From Octopus bimaculoides (Eukaryota): a DNA stretch of 64,000 bases. Shown piece after piece: positions 36,801 through 50,062 of the stretch (position 1 is the stretch's first letter; every line of letters starts with the position of its first letter). The stretch is from contig NC_069008.1 of assembly GCF_001194135.2 (NCBI RefSeq), forward strand, positions 8,937,919 through 9,001,918, in the 5' to 3' direction. The notes below the pieces were generated by a model, which had not been told where the DNA came from, searched no databases, and saw only the letters and a program-made list of their open reading frames with translations. Made by a program: the position numbers and the translations under genes.

Positions 36801-39541
36801 ACCGCTATGTTACGGGAACGTAAATACACCAGCATCGATTGTTAAGCGATGTTGGAGGAACAAACTCAGACACACAAACATATACACACATACATACACA
36901 CACACACACACATACACACATATATACGAAGTGCTTCTTTCAGTTTCCGTCTACCAAATCCACTCACAAGGCTTTGGTCGGCCCGAGGCTATAGTAGAAG
37001 ACTGAACCCGAAACCATGTGGTTGATGAGCAAGCTACTTACCACACAGCCACTCCTGATATATATATNNNNNNNNNNTATGGTGTACAGTGTAGGGTTCA
37101 CAAGTGATGTGGTAGGACTAAAGGCAGACTGTGAGGGGACATTGTATGTTGCAGATGTACAGATGGGTTCCTTTCAGTTTCTGTTTACCAAATCCACTCA
37201 CAGGGCCTTGGTTGGCCTGAGGCTATAGTAGAAGACACTTGCCCAAGGTACCACGCAGTGGGACTGAACCTGGAACCATGTTAATCATTTGTGAGATTCC
37301 AAATGGTTGATATACCCAGCCTTAGGAGTACGCAACCACATATTTTACACCTCCAGCACTTTTTGTCTTCATCAATGTTTTCCAAAGCCTCTCATATTCA
37401 AGGCAATCCTCAGCAAAAGTTTCGTAACCTTTATGTATTCCCTTATATACATATTTATATACATACAAACATATGTATGGATGTCAGGTGTGTATTTAGG
37501 GAGAGAAGGAAGAGAGGTGTGTATTGGGTCTTGTGATGTATGGGCTCTCAACTGCTCATGGTCAAGACATTTTGAGGATTCAAACTTGGCAGAGTCCAAC
37601 TTTCTCTGGATTGAACTGCTGTCAATTTTTTCTCCAGAGAGAAAGATGAGAATTAACCTAAGTAATGGACTAGTACTTGATGTATTGACCCCTGAAAGGG
37701 TGATGGGTTAAGTCTATGGGATTTGGGTTGTCAGTTATATCTAAAGAAAGGATAAAATTGGTCCAATAATGGACTCATACTTTGTGTATTGACCCTTGAA
37801 AGGATCAAGGCCAAAGTCAAACACCACAAGATTTAAACTAAGAAAGTAAGGGGCTAAAATGAATACTACGAAGTTTTTTTTATCAAATGTGCTGACAATT
37901 CTTCCAATTCACTGCTTGTAAGAATGCACATCAGATGTGTATGTAAATGTAGAGGAATGGGAGGTTGTGTGTGTGTGTGTGTGTTTATGTATATAAGAAG
38001 AGATCACATGACATAGGAATAAACAATTATCTTAATAACTTCATTAGCTTACAGCTGTTTGCCATATGAGATGCAGTGGACTTGCAGTTGAGCGCCTGAG
38101 TAACTAAGTTCATATGATAATCGTTGATTTTTTTTGGTCATCAATCTTCTTATAACCGCTCTGTACCTGACTCACACCTCTTTCAAACACATACGTATAT
38201 GGAGTTCTATACCAGGTTATTACTAATGCAATGTGTAAATGAAACATTAAAACATATATATATATATATATTTATATATATNNNNNNNNNNNNNNNNNNN
38301 NNNNNNNNNNNNNNNNNNNNNNNNNNNNNNNNNNNNNNNNNNNNNNNNNNNNNNNNNNNNNNNNNNNNNNNNNNNNNNNNNNNNNNNNNNNNNNNNNNNN
38401 NNNNNNNNNNNNNNNNNNNNNNNNNNNNNNNNNNNNNNNNNNNNNNNNNNNNNNNNNNNNNNNNNNNNNNNNNNNNNNNNNNNNNNNNNNNNNNNNNNNN
38501 NNNNNNNNNNNNNNNNNNNNNNNNNNNNNNNNNNNNNNNNNNNNNNNNNNNNNNNNNNNNNNNNNNNNNNNNNNNNNNNNNNNNNNNNNNNNNNNNNNNN
38601 NNNNNNNNNNNNNNACTGGCTCTTGTGCGGGTGGCACATGAGATGCACCATTCTGAGCGTGGCCGTTGCCAGTACCGCCTGACTGGCTCTCGTGCGGGTG
38701 ACACGTAAAAGCACCCACTACACTCTCTGAGTGGTTGGCGTTAGGAAGGGCATCCAGCTGTAGAAACTCTGCCAAATTAGATTGGAGCCTGGTGTTGCCA
38801 TCTGGTTTCACCAGTCCTCAGTCAAATCGTCCAACCCATGCTAGCATGGAAAGCGGACGTTAAACAATGATGATGATGATATATATATATAAGTATCATC
38901 ATCTGCATTTGTTTAATGTCTGTTTTCCATGCTGCCATGGTTTGGCTGGGGAATCTGTCCAGTTGTCTATTTTGGTATGGTTTCTACAGCTGGATGCCCT
39001 TCTTAATGTCAGTCACTGTACAAAGTTTAATAGGTACCTTTTACTTGCCACAGACACAGGTTTGTTTATGCAGCACCAGCACAGATGTGTTTTACATGGC
39101 AGTGGCACCGGCAAAGCATATGCCTGTATGTATGGATGACCATGATGTTACTTAACTTGATTCACATACAGCAAATTGCCTCAACTCCTAGTCCTTTGTC
39201 GTAAAATATGGGAGAAAGAAAAAGGAATTCATGAAGCTCTTTATTAATCACTACAAGGTGTAAATCCAAATTTGAAATTATTACTTATATATATAATTTA
39301 TCTTTCATCGTTTCAGTCATTTGACGCGGCCATGCTGAGTCACCATCTTGAAGGGTTTTAGTTGAACAAATTGACCCTAGGACTGACTTTTTTAAGGCTA
39401 GCACCCACTCCATTGATCTCCTTTGCTGATCTGCTAATGTTACAGAGACGTAAACACACCAACACTGGTTGTCAAGCAGTATTGGGTGACAAACACACTG
39501 AGACATACACAGATAGATATATATATATATATATATATATA

Positions 39542-39632
<91 letters not shown>

Positions 39633-40205
39633 CAAATCCACTCACAAGGCTTTGGTCAGCTCAAGGCTATAGTAGAAGACATTTGCCCAATGTGGCACAC
39701 AGTGGGACTGAACCTGGAGCCAAATGATTGGGAAACCAGCTTCTTACCACACAGCCGTGCCTGCACCTATATCATGATCATCATTTAATGTCCATTGTTC
39801 ATGCTGGCATGGGTTGGACTGTTTGACTGGACTGGCACATTGGAAGGCTGCACCAGACTGCAGTCTGATTTGGCATGGTTTTCTACAGCTGGATGACCTT
39901 CCTAACGCCAACCACTCTGAGAGTGTAGTGGGTGCTTTTACATGCCACCAGCATGAGTACCATTTGTGTGACACTAGGATGTGTTTGTGTACCATTGGCA
40001 TGGATCCCATTTGCATGACACTGGAGTGCGTTTTTGTGCGAGTGGCACAGGTGCCAACTTGCATGACACTGGTATCTGCCACAACTGCAATTTTGGTCAG
40101 CTTGGTGGGTCTTTTTCTTAAGCACGACATAATGCCAAAGGTCTTGGTCATTGCCTTCTGTGAGGCCCAACACTTGAAAGGAGTGTATGTATGTATGTAT
40201 GTATG

Positions 40206-40244
<39 letters not shown>

Positions 40245-40978
40245 AATAAGGATAAACACAGGTATATATAATAATTTGTACACGTGTTTCACCAATGTGG
40301 TTGTTTGGAGCCTAGCAGTAGATGTTCCAAATGCTCAACTGCAATGTATCATCTGGAACACTTTACCATATTAAGGAAATACAGCAAATTGCATTAATAC
40401 TACAGTATTAATAGAATAAGGTGTTCTCTGATGATCTGCTGTGGTTAAACATTTGGAGCACCTTTTGTAGGGCTCCAAGCAATTGTAATGGTGAAATGGC
40501 TGTACAAACTATTGTATTAACATGTGTTTATCCTTTTTACTCCGACATTAGTTTTGTAGTTCACAGTAATACTATTCAGTATAGAAGTTACTGAACTACT
40601 CTACAAAAAGCAGACTTAATTATGAAAATTTATGAGAAGCTTTAAACATGACAGTAGCAGTTGAATATCTATTTGTACACATTTTCTACTATATATATAT
40701 ACATATCCGAGCCAACAAAAATAGTTTACTCAATAGAATATCTAACATTATAATTATCTGTAGACACAAATATCTTTCAACGTTTAAATTTTCCAAAAAT
40801 AATTAAACTATAGGATTCTAATTTAACCTTTTCTTCCAAAACTTTATATTGTATATAGCGTCGTTATATTATACATTGTGTTTTAATATCATATACCCAA
40901 AGATAATGATCCAATCAAACATTTGATTTTTATGTAACACACCTTTCCTTTAAAATTTTAACCTTGTGATTCTATTAA

Positions 40979-41062
40979 CTCTAATGAGAGAAATATAGAG
41001 AATTGCTATGGTTGGAGTTAGCTCACCCATAGCAACATATATCTTTTCGAAACGGCCGTAAG
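40979..41062 (+). ncRNA. Decayed hammerhead ribozyme (G5A) downstream of a Penelope-like ORF end
   Basis: CT CTAATGA G...long stem II (incl. TTGCTATGG/CCATAGCAA)...C GAAAC GGCC GTA AG. It lies about 170 bp after a PLE-like C-terminus (LLNRISNIIIICRHK, 40708-40806). Confidence 0.65.
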
Positions 41063-41474
41063 ACTTTATACATAGACTTTATACAGCTTCCAGAGTCCTT
41101 ATGAATCATTTTACATCTGCATTATCACCCTCTTCATTTGGACTTCGCAAGCACATTTATGGACTTAGACTTTTTATATATTTATGAATTTTTATGTGTT
41201 TATAGATTTTATATGTGTATGAATTTTTATATATTTATGAATTTTCATGTATATGTATGTATTTATAAATTCTTAGAAATTTTTTATATATCATATAGAT
41301 GAATGCATCTATGTGTGTACTTTGTATACCATGGAGAATTTTGTTAATATGAACTAAATGAATATATACATCGGCCTTTGAATTTGTTTGAATTAATTTT
41401 ATATTCCTGAAGCTCTATCAGAGCGCTACTCGGTTGAGCTGTATAAAGTGGGTATCTATATCACTTATTTCTTC

Positions 41475-41514
<40 letters not shown>

Positions 41515-42691
41515 CATCATTATCATTTAATGTCTGCTTTCCATGCTGGCATGGGTTGGATAGTTTGGTTAAAAGCTGGGAAGCTACAGCTAGTTGCAGT
41601 CTGATCAGGTAAGGTTTCTACAGTTGGATGCCCTTCTTAACACCAACCACTCTGAGAGTGTAGTGGGTGCTTTTTATGTGCTGCCAGCACTGGTGTCAAT
41701 TACGAAACACCGGCATCAACCATGACTAAGATCTCACTTGGCTTGACAGGTCTTCTCAAGCATTGTATATTGCCAAAGTTTGAAGGGTGCTATTTGCATA
41801 CCACGGGCATGGGTGCCCAGGTATGCGACACTGGCTTCAGCCACGACTACGATTTCACTTGACAAGTCTTCTCATGTACAGCATATCACCCACCAGCATG
41901 AGTGCCAGTTACACAACACTGGCATTGGCCACAACTACAATTTGGTTTGATGGGTCACAATGAAGTCAGGTGAGGGAACAACAAGTAGGTGTATTAATTT
42001 GACACCTGGGAAGAATGGAAAAGTTTTTGAAGTTTCGAGCCTACATGCTTCAACAGAAAGGATTGAGATATCTGTGTCACTTCTAGAGTGAAGCACTCAC
42101 TACACTCTCAGAGTGATTAACGTAAGGAAGGGTATCCAACTGTAGAAGCTTTGCCAGATCAGATTGGAGCCTGGCGCAACCCATGCCAGCATGGAAAGCG
42201 GATGTTAAACAATGATGATGATATATATGCGCAAGTGTGGCTGTGGTAAGAAGCTTGCTTCCCAACTACATGGTCCTGGCTTCAGTCCCAATTCGTGGGA
42301 TTTTGAGCGTCTTCTACTATAGCCTCAAGCCAAACAAAACCTTGTGAGTGTATGTGGTAGACGAAAACAGAAAAAAACTCATTGTATATATGTGTGTCTG
42401 TGTTTGTCCCCAACCATTGCTTGACAACCAGTGTTGGTGTGTTTACATTCCTGTAACTTATTGGTTTGGCAAAAGATATGGTAGAATAAGTACTAGGTTT
42501 AAAGAATATGTCCTAGGGTTGATTTGACTAAAACCCTTCAAGGTGATGCTCCAGCATGACCGCAGTCAAATGACTGAAACAAGTAAAGGGATCATCATCA
42601 TCATCGTTTAACGTCCGCTTTCCATGCTAGCATGGGTTGGACGACTTGACTGAGGACTGGTGAAACCGGATGGCAACACCAGGCTCCAATC

Positions 42692-42740
<49 letters not shown>

Positions 42741-43119
42741 ATGTATGTATGTATGTACTCATGAGGACCCATCCTCTACAGCAGACGTGATAAGGCTGCC
42801 CCCACTGATGAAGATGGTTGGCCTGCAAAAGTCCTGTGCTGGTCTCATAAAAAACACCCATGGTGGTGCCACTGAGGAGTGCTTGGGCAGGTGCCACTGT
42901 AAAATGGTTGGTGTTAGGAAGGGCAGCCAACTGTAGAAACCAAGCCAAATCAAACTGGAACCTGGTGCAGCTCTCAAGCTTGCTAGGCCTGGTCAAATCA
43001 TCCAACCCATTCTAGCATGGAAAATGGACATTAAACAATGAATATATATATGTATGATAAGGTATAAATAATGGTCATTTCGTATTTTTCTTTATTGCAG
43101 TCTTGTATATCACTGGGTA

Positions 43120-43505
43120 GTGGAGGCGCAATGGCCCAGTGGTTAGGGCAGCGGACTCGTAGTCATAAGATCGCGGTTTCGATTCCCAGACCGGGCATTG
43201 TGAGTGTTTATTGAGTGAAAAAACCTAAAGCTCCACAAGGCTCCGGCAGGGGATGGTGGCGAACCCTGCTGTACTCTTTCACCACAACTTTCTCTCACTC
43301 TTATTTCCTGTTTCTGTTGTGCCTGTAATTCAAAGGGTCAGCCTTGTCACACTGTGTCATGCTGAATATCCCCGAGAACTACGTTAAGGGTACACGTGTC
43401 TGTGGAGTGCTCAGCCACTTGCACGTTAATTTCACGAGCAGGCTGTTCCGTTGATCGGATCAGCTGGAACCCTCGATGTCGTAAGCAATGGAGTGCAACA
43501 ACAAC
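43120..43505 (+). mobile_element. Young full-length tRNA-derived SINE (octopus OR-like, tentative) with (CAA)n tail
   Basis: tRNA-like head with A and B boxes and retained CpGs. 13-bp TSD ATATCAC(T/A)GGGTA at 43107-43119 and 43506-43518. Related 3' bodies lie at 1-450 and 52030-52310. Confidence 0.85.
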
Positions 43506-43896
43506 ATATCACAGGGTAAAAAAACAGTATAACTGGGGCACAACCATGGATTTACAATATAGAATGGTGATGAACTTTAACCTCAGACCCTGCCACAAGA
43601 ATATGTGGAATTTTTTACCAATCTAAACAATATTGTTAGCCTGGTGTGCTAACAGAGAGCTTATAAAGTATTTTGCCCAGTTTCATTCAGCACCATGCAA
43701 CATGTTTCGTGGCTTCCAACAGAAACCTGTCTCGTTTGGGCTTGGATTACTGATTTGGTAAACCTTAAGTCTCATGGAACTGAATCAAACTGTTTTAAGT
43801 AGTAATACATGTAACTCCTGAATACAATGAATGCCTTTCACTTATCCACTCATTTGTATGTGTTTGTGTATGTATGTATGTGCATGTGTGTATGTA

Positions 43897-43942
<46 letters not shown>

Positions 43943-44452
43943 AGTAAAGATAAATACAAAAAAAGGTGGATTTTTTTGTATGATTGTGTATAGAGGAATA
44001 TATTATTTTGCTTAAAAGAGTTCCAACACTGTCTGTTTTTTATGTTTTATTTATATTCCTGCAGAACTAATGTGGGGTATAGAATATGGAATATACAATA
44101 TATAATATAATATACAATATATAATATAAAATAAAATAAAAATGGATGGCACCATGAAATAAAGTATTGAATGTAGGTTGATTGTAGATGCATTTCGTGT
44201 GTGTGTATGAAGGGATTATGGTATGTGTATAGAGGAATTAGGGGGTGCATATATGTGTATAGAGATTAAGGGGTTACAATGTGTATATGTATAGAAATAA
44301 ATGAATTGTATGTAGACAGAAATATAAAATTTCCTCAACCCCTTTCACTTTTTAGAAGCTGTGGTCTTTTATTAATGTGAGAAATTTTTACTATAATTAT
44401 TATTGATGTTTTTGTTTTTGATTCCAGGAAGTGATAGGGCATCCCAACCATA

Positions 44453-44478
44453 ATGACCGAATACAGTGATTTAGACAG
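44453..44478 (+). CDS. PPP4C: Ser/Thr protein phosphatase 4 catalytic subunit, first coding exon (MTEYSDLD+AG); the exon starts at acceptor 44428 with 25 nt of 5'UTR
   Basis: Pyrimidine-rich ttttgattccag acceptor, ATG at 44453 with A at -3, donor AG|gtatgt. The peptide matches the PP4c N-terminus (MAEISDLDR type). Phase 2 joins the next exon to give AGA (Arg9). Confidence 0.9.
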
Positions 44479-44748
44479 GTATGTATATAGTTTGAGATGC
44501 TGTCTTGAGATAATTTATATGTACACATTCAATATGTGTGTGTATTATATATATTGTCAAATGGCCGAAACAAGTAAAAGAGTTAAAGTATATATAGGAA
44601 CAAGTGTGGCTGTGTGATAAGAAGCCTAGTTCCTAGCACATGGCTCCGGTACCACATGGCACCTTGGGCAAGTGTCTTCTATTATAGGCTTTTGGCTGAG
44701 CAAAGTCCTGTGGGTGAATTTGGTGGATGAGAACTGGAAGAAGCCCAT

Positions 44749-44789
<41 letters not shown>

Positions 44790-46263
44790 ATGTGTGTGTG
44801 TGTGTGTCTTTGTATTTATCTGTCCCCCATCACCGCTTGACAACTGGTGTTAGTGTGTTTACATCCCCCGTAACTCAGCAATTCAGCAAAAGTGACCAAT
44901 AGAATAAGTACCAGGCTTTGCAAAAATATAAGCCCAGGTTTGTTCAACTAAAATCAAGGCAGTGCCCCAGCATAGTCGCAGTCAAATGACTGAAACCAGT
45001 GAAAGAAAGATAATGAGTAGAATTCATATTGGAAACTGAAAGGAGTCAATTGTGTGGATATATGTATGTAACGGAACAGTACATTATATTCTCCAAAACA
45101 TGGATTTACACCACAAATTCACATTCTACATATTATTAGTGTGATAGTTATGTTCAGTTGAGGACTCTAAGAATTTTACCAAAATAGGACATGAAAATGG
45201 ATTTATTTTTGGTGACCCTGCTGGTGCCACATAAAAAGCGCTCAGTCCCCTCTGTAAAGTGGTTAGAGCTTGGAAGGGCTTCCAACCATAAAAACCATGC
45301 CAAAAACAGATAATGTATAGATAGATGGATATGGATGTTTGTGTGTTTGTGCCCCCTCGTCTTGATATCGCATGATAGTTGTAAATGAGTATCACTGTCA
45401 TACATGCAGTGTTGTTTGTTTTTAGTTTTCCTTAGAAACCCGTCTGGTCAGCGCGTAATATTACCTTGCCTGGACAGAAGTGAAAAAATTTGCTTCAATG
45501 AATTCTATCTGACCTAGGCTTTAAAGTAGGCGTTAAAGCAATACCGATGCTGATGATATATTAATGATTTTCATTTCGCAGAATGTTGGTTTAAGCATTC
45601 CATATAATCCCTCAAAACTTTTCTGTTTTTTGGAATTTTTAGCAAATTCTTCCAAATTTGTGTTCTATACACAGGAATTCATACAATTATGAAAAACAAA
45701 ATTTCTTTTGTGTATGATTTAAGGGCAATTTATATTTACAGAGACAGCTGTGATTATCTGGTCACTGTGTGCGCGCCACCCTCAAGTGGAAGCATCCAAA
45801 TTAGTCTTGTGGTGATGCAAGAAGAGAAAACATTGTCACATATCAACAACTTGATAGCAGACACTGGCCTGAAGTGTATCCAAGACCTTGAGGCAGTGAT
45901 GATGGACCAAGGAGTGTAGCGGGTGAGATTTTGTTGCTGCAGGCCAAGTTGGAACCTGGCAATGATGATAATAAATAAATCTGATGGTAATCACAAAAAA
46001 GCTCCTTAGTGGATCAGACTACAAACCAATATTAGGAGTGTAATGTTGTTGTGTGGACGCCCCCAGACAATAAGTAGGCTAGTCCAATACGTATAAATAG
46101 TGGACGTGATAGCTAGTCGGAAGCGTTGCATAGAGCAAGCCAGAGCCGTTGGTAGACTAGACATAGAGTTCTGTTGAGTCGAGTTGTCGGAAGTGAGAGT
46201 TCGGTAGTTGAGTAGAGGTACGTCATTGGCGAAGGTACGCCATCCGAACGTGCGATATAACAG

Positions 46264-46274
46264 TGGCGATGAGG
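46264..46274 (+). promoter_or_regulatory. Primer-binding site, complementary to the tRNA-Ser(GCT) 3' end with one mismatch
   Basis: TGGCGATGAGG lies 1 nt after the 5' LTR. Eukaryotic tRNA-Ser(GCT) ends ...CCTCGTCGCCA (from knowledge). Confidence 0.75.
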
Positions 46275-46289
46275 TTTCGAATAGTACTG

Positions 46290-48140
46290 AAATGGAAGAG
46301 TTACTGAAAGCAGTTGTCAAACAACAAGAGCAGCAACTACAGAAGTTAACAGAATTGTTACTGCAGTCGAGAAATACGACAGAATCATTTTCAGCAGATG
46401 GTGCTGCAAATTACATTGAAGAACTTCACTACAAACCGGATGAAAGAACTACTTTTACTGCATATTACAGACGATATAAAGACATATTCCGAGAGGAATG
46501 CCAAGGGATGGTCTAGTGAAAGGAAGGTCAGGCTCCTTTTGTGAAAGCTTGCCCCTCTGGAACATGAAAGTTTTTGTAACTTTATTTTGCCAAGAATGCC
46601 CGTGGAATTGCGTTTTGATGAAACAATAAATATTGTTAAAGGGCTAGTGGCAACGGAAGACGCGGAAATTAGAAAAAGAATATTATCAAAGCTGAATCAA
46701 GATGTGAAACTCACTTTGCAGAACGTGGCTGAGGAATGCCAACAAATAATAAACCTTCGAAATGATAAAAGAAAGATAGAAGACAAGAATAATAATAATG
46801 TACAAATGTGTAAAGAAAGTACAGAAAGAAGGGAAAATTTAAATTCAAAACAGTGCTATGGTTGTGGAGATCGACATTTGAGGAAAGATTGCTCCTTTAA
46901 AGATAAAACCTGTTTCAAGTGTGGTAAAATTGGACATATACAGACGAAATGCCAGTCAAAGAAAATTGTAAAACCGAAGAAAGTCTACTCAACAAAAGTA
47001 AATCATACCATACAAAATCGAAAATTTGTGTTGATAGAAATATATGGTCTTCAGACCAAAATGAATTAAATACTGGTTCAGACGTATCGATAATAAATAC
47101 GGCAACATGGAGTAAGATAGGCAGGCCAGTGTATAAAAAAACTACTTGGATAGCTCACAGTGTGTTGGGAATGAGTTCAATTCTTGGGCGAAATTTCACC
47201 AGAAATAAAACTTTAAAACATGACACAGAAAAGTAAACTAATGGTATTTAAGAATACAATGAATCTGTTCAGGACAGATTTGATGGAAGAATTTGACCTG
47301 TGGGATCTACCACTGAATACACAATGTAATAAGGTGAATGCATCACAGTCTGTGTCAGAGAAAGCATCAGAAAAATTGAAACTAAAATTGGAAAAGATGT
47401 ACCCTGATGTGTTTTTGAAAGAGCTTAGTATGTGTAAAAATAGTTTGAGTTGAAAGAAAATGCGGTGCTGGTGTTCAAACCGAAAAGGAATGTACCTTGT
47501 GCAGTGTTAAACCAAGTTGAGAAGGAATTAAAAAGATTGGAAGACATGGAAGTAATTGAAAAAAGTAGATTACTCTGAGTGGGCGGCTCCTACGGTATAT
47601 ATAAAAAAGAACAAGGTAAGAGTAGGTGCGGACTTCTCAACTGGTCTTAATGATTGTTTAAAAAATTTCAACTATCCGCTTCCACACCCAGAAGAAATAT
47701 TTGCTAAGTGCAATGGTGGGAAAATTTTTTCCAAGCTGGATTTGTCAGAGGCCTACCTCCAGTTACTGGTAGATGAAGAATGTGCTAAAGTATTAACAAT
47801 CAATACTCATAAAGGTCTGTACCGTTTCAAAAGACTGCCATTTGGGGTTAAGGTCGCACCAGCAATATTTCAGCAAGTGATGGATACTATGCTAGCAGGT
47901 TGTGAGTTCGTGGTCCCATACTTGGATGACATATTGATCAAAAGTGAATTGAGAGACCAACACATTGAACATATAGAAGAGGTTTACAAACGAATAAGCG
48001 ATTATGGGTTTAAAGTAAGTGAGGATAAATGAAATTTTCTTGACAAAAATAAAGTACATGGGACAGGTGATCGATGAAAACGGACGTAAACCGGTCCCTT
48101 CTAGGATCAACGCGATAAAAAAAATGCCTGCCCCCACTAA
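46290..48140 (+). pseudogene. Disrupted gag-pol remnant of the gypsy element
   Basis: CYGCGDRHLRKDC and CFKCGKIGHIQTKC knuckles; NTGSDVSII protease-like motif; SEWAAP; FSKLDLSEAYLQL; RLPFGVKVAPAIFQQVMD; YLDDILI. It contains multiple stops and frameshifts. Confidence 0.9.
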
Positions 48141-48734
48141 CAAAACAACACTACAAGCATAGGTCAAACAGGAAGAGAAAACCTACAGAAATGATGGAAA
48201 TTAACGCTAAGAGAAAAAGATATGCCAGTTTACCAAGGAAATAAAATTGATAAATTTGGGTTGAGAAAAAAAAAAAATTCTTAAAAGGGAGAGGTGTTGT
48301 ATGGACGCCCCCAGACGATAAGTAGGCTAGTCCAGTATGTATAAATAGTGGATGTGATAGCTAGTTGGAAGCGTCGTGTAGAGCGAGCCAGAGCTGTCGC
48401 TAGACTAAACGTTGAGTTGCCGGAAGCGAGAGTTTGGTAGTTGAGTAGAGGTACGTCATTGGCGAAGGTATGCCATCCGAACATACGATATAACAAATGT
48501 ATAGTTCTATGCATTTGAGATCTAGTAAATCTAATCATGAAGAGTATATAGAATATATAGGAAATCAGGAGGTATGAGATGAATATATTTATTTCCATAA
48601 GATTACAATCGAAGATTATGGTAGAAGATGGCCAATTTAAATGCTAAAGGGTTAAATGAAAGAAAAAGTGTTGTTCTAATGTGATGAGTTTGTTTGAAGT
48701 ATTTGATCTATTATCTCTCTTTCATTTTTTCTAG

Positions 48735-48858
48735 ACAAATTGAACAGCTAAGACGATGCGAAACCATCAAGGAGAATGAGGTGAAAACCCTCTGTGCAAA
48801 GGCCCGGGAGATCCTGATTGAGGAGAGTAATGTACAGAAAGTAGATTCCCCCGTCACG
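48735..48858 (+). CDS. PPP4C: PP4c coding exon 2 ([42 protein letters not shown])
   Basis: Acceptor ttttttctag and donor ACG|gtcagt. 124 nt, and 26+124=150 nt = 50 codons. The peptide is near-identical to metazoan PP4c. Confidence 0.97.
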
Positions 48859-50062
48859 GTCAGTGAATTGTTTTGTAATGGTGGTGTTGGTTGTTGTTGT
48901 TGTTCATTATCATCATTTAACATCCATTTTCTATGCTGGCATGGGTTGGACGGATTGACAGGAGCTGCCCAGGCTGCTTTGGCATGGTTTCTACAGCTGG
49001 ATGCCCTTCCTAACACCAACCTGTTTACAGAGTGTAGTAGGTGCTTTTATGTGGCACCAGCAGCTCACAAGATTAGGAATGCTCAGTTGGAAAGGGATTC
49101 TGGGGACAAGCCTGTATGTAAAGACAACCACACTTTTACTTGATTTGGTGTGTTTTCTCAAGCACAGCAAAAGTCTCAGTCCCCTGTCATCTTCTCTGTC
49201 AATTTCAACGTCTGTAGATCCTTTCTCACTACTTTGTTCCACATCTTCTTGGATCTTCCCCTTCCACACATTCCCTCCACAATTAGAGCTCGGCACTTCT
49301 TGATTCATCTGTCTTCATTCAAATGCATCACATGACCATGCTAGCAAAGTCTTCTCACTTGCAAACTACATCTCATGCCACGTATACCCTTTTTTTCTCT
49401 CAAATCACTGACACTCTGTTGCATATGCATGCTGACATTACCCATCCACCGAAGCACACTGGTTTCATTTCTAGGTTAATAGTATGTTGTTCTGTGAGAT
49501 AGTGTGGATATGTAATGTCTCCACTTTCCAGTATAAAGACGGTGTTGACCGCTGGTAGTGTGAAGGTGGTGCTGCTTGTTGATGATATAATCATCATCAT
49601 CATCATCATCATTTAGTGTTCGTTTTCCGTGTTGGCATGGGTTAGATGGTTTGACTGGGACTGGTTAGCCAGAGTGCTGTACCAGACACTAGTCTGTTTT
49701 GGCTTCGGTTCTACAACTAGATTCCCTTCTTAATGCCAAACTCTCCACAGAGTATACTGAGTGTCACTGGCACAGGTGCCTTTTTCATGATACTGGCATT
49801 GACCACAACCATAATTTCACTTAGCCTCTTGTGTCTTCTCAAGCACAGCAAATCACCAGAAGTCTTGGTTACTTGTAATGGTGAATGACATTGTTTAGGA
49901 CCAGGTAGAGCAGATCTATGGTCTGAAGGTATTCTAGCCATTGCTGTCTCATCAACCAGATTTATGGCTCATAGGTACCCAGGCTGAATAACTGTGTGAC
50001 CAACAGATCTATTTCGCCAGTTGTATGTTGCTTCTGTCTAGCTGTGAATCACATTGCGTAAC

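Larger units (their letters stand above)
46047..48495 (+). mobile_element. Internally deleted Ty3/gypsy LTR retrotransposon in the PPP4C intron between coding exons 1 and 2
   Basis: LTRs at 46047-46262 and 48295-48495 (TG...CA). 5-bp TSD AATGT at 46042-46046 and 48496-48500. PBS TGGCGATGAGG and PPT AAAAGGGAGAGG. Gag zinc knuckles, a protease remnant and RT are present; no RNase H or integrase. Confidence 0.95.

Noticed and set aside
36148-37157. 80-bp near-identical direct repeat (36148-36227 and 37078-37157)
   Set aside because: The second copy starts right at a 10-N gap, so an unmerged allelic overlap is more likely than a biological duplication.
40702-41150. Decayed minus-strand ORF of possible viral origin
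   Set aside because: It has about six stops in 150 codons and no motif. The plus strand explains the region as a Penelope ORF end plus hammerhead.
43120-43200. Functional tRNA gene
   Set aside because: It is the head of a TSD-flanked SINE with a body and (CAA)n tail.
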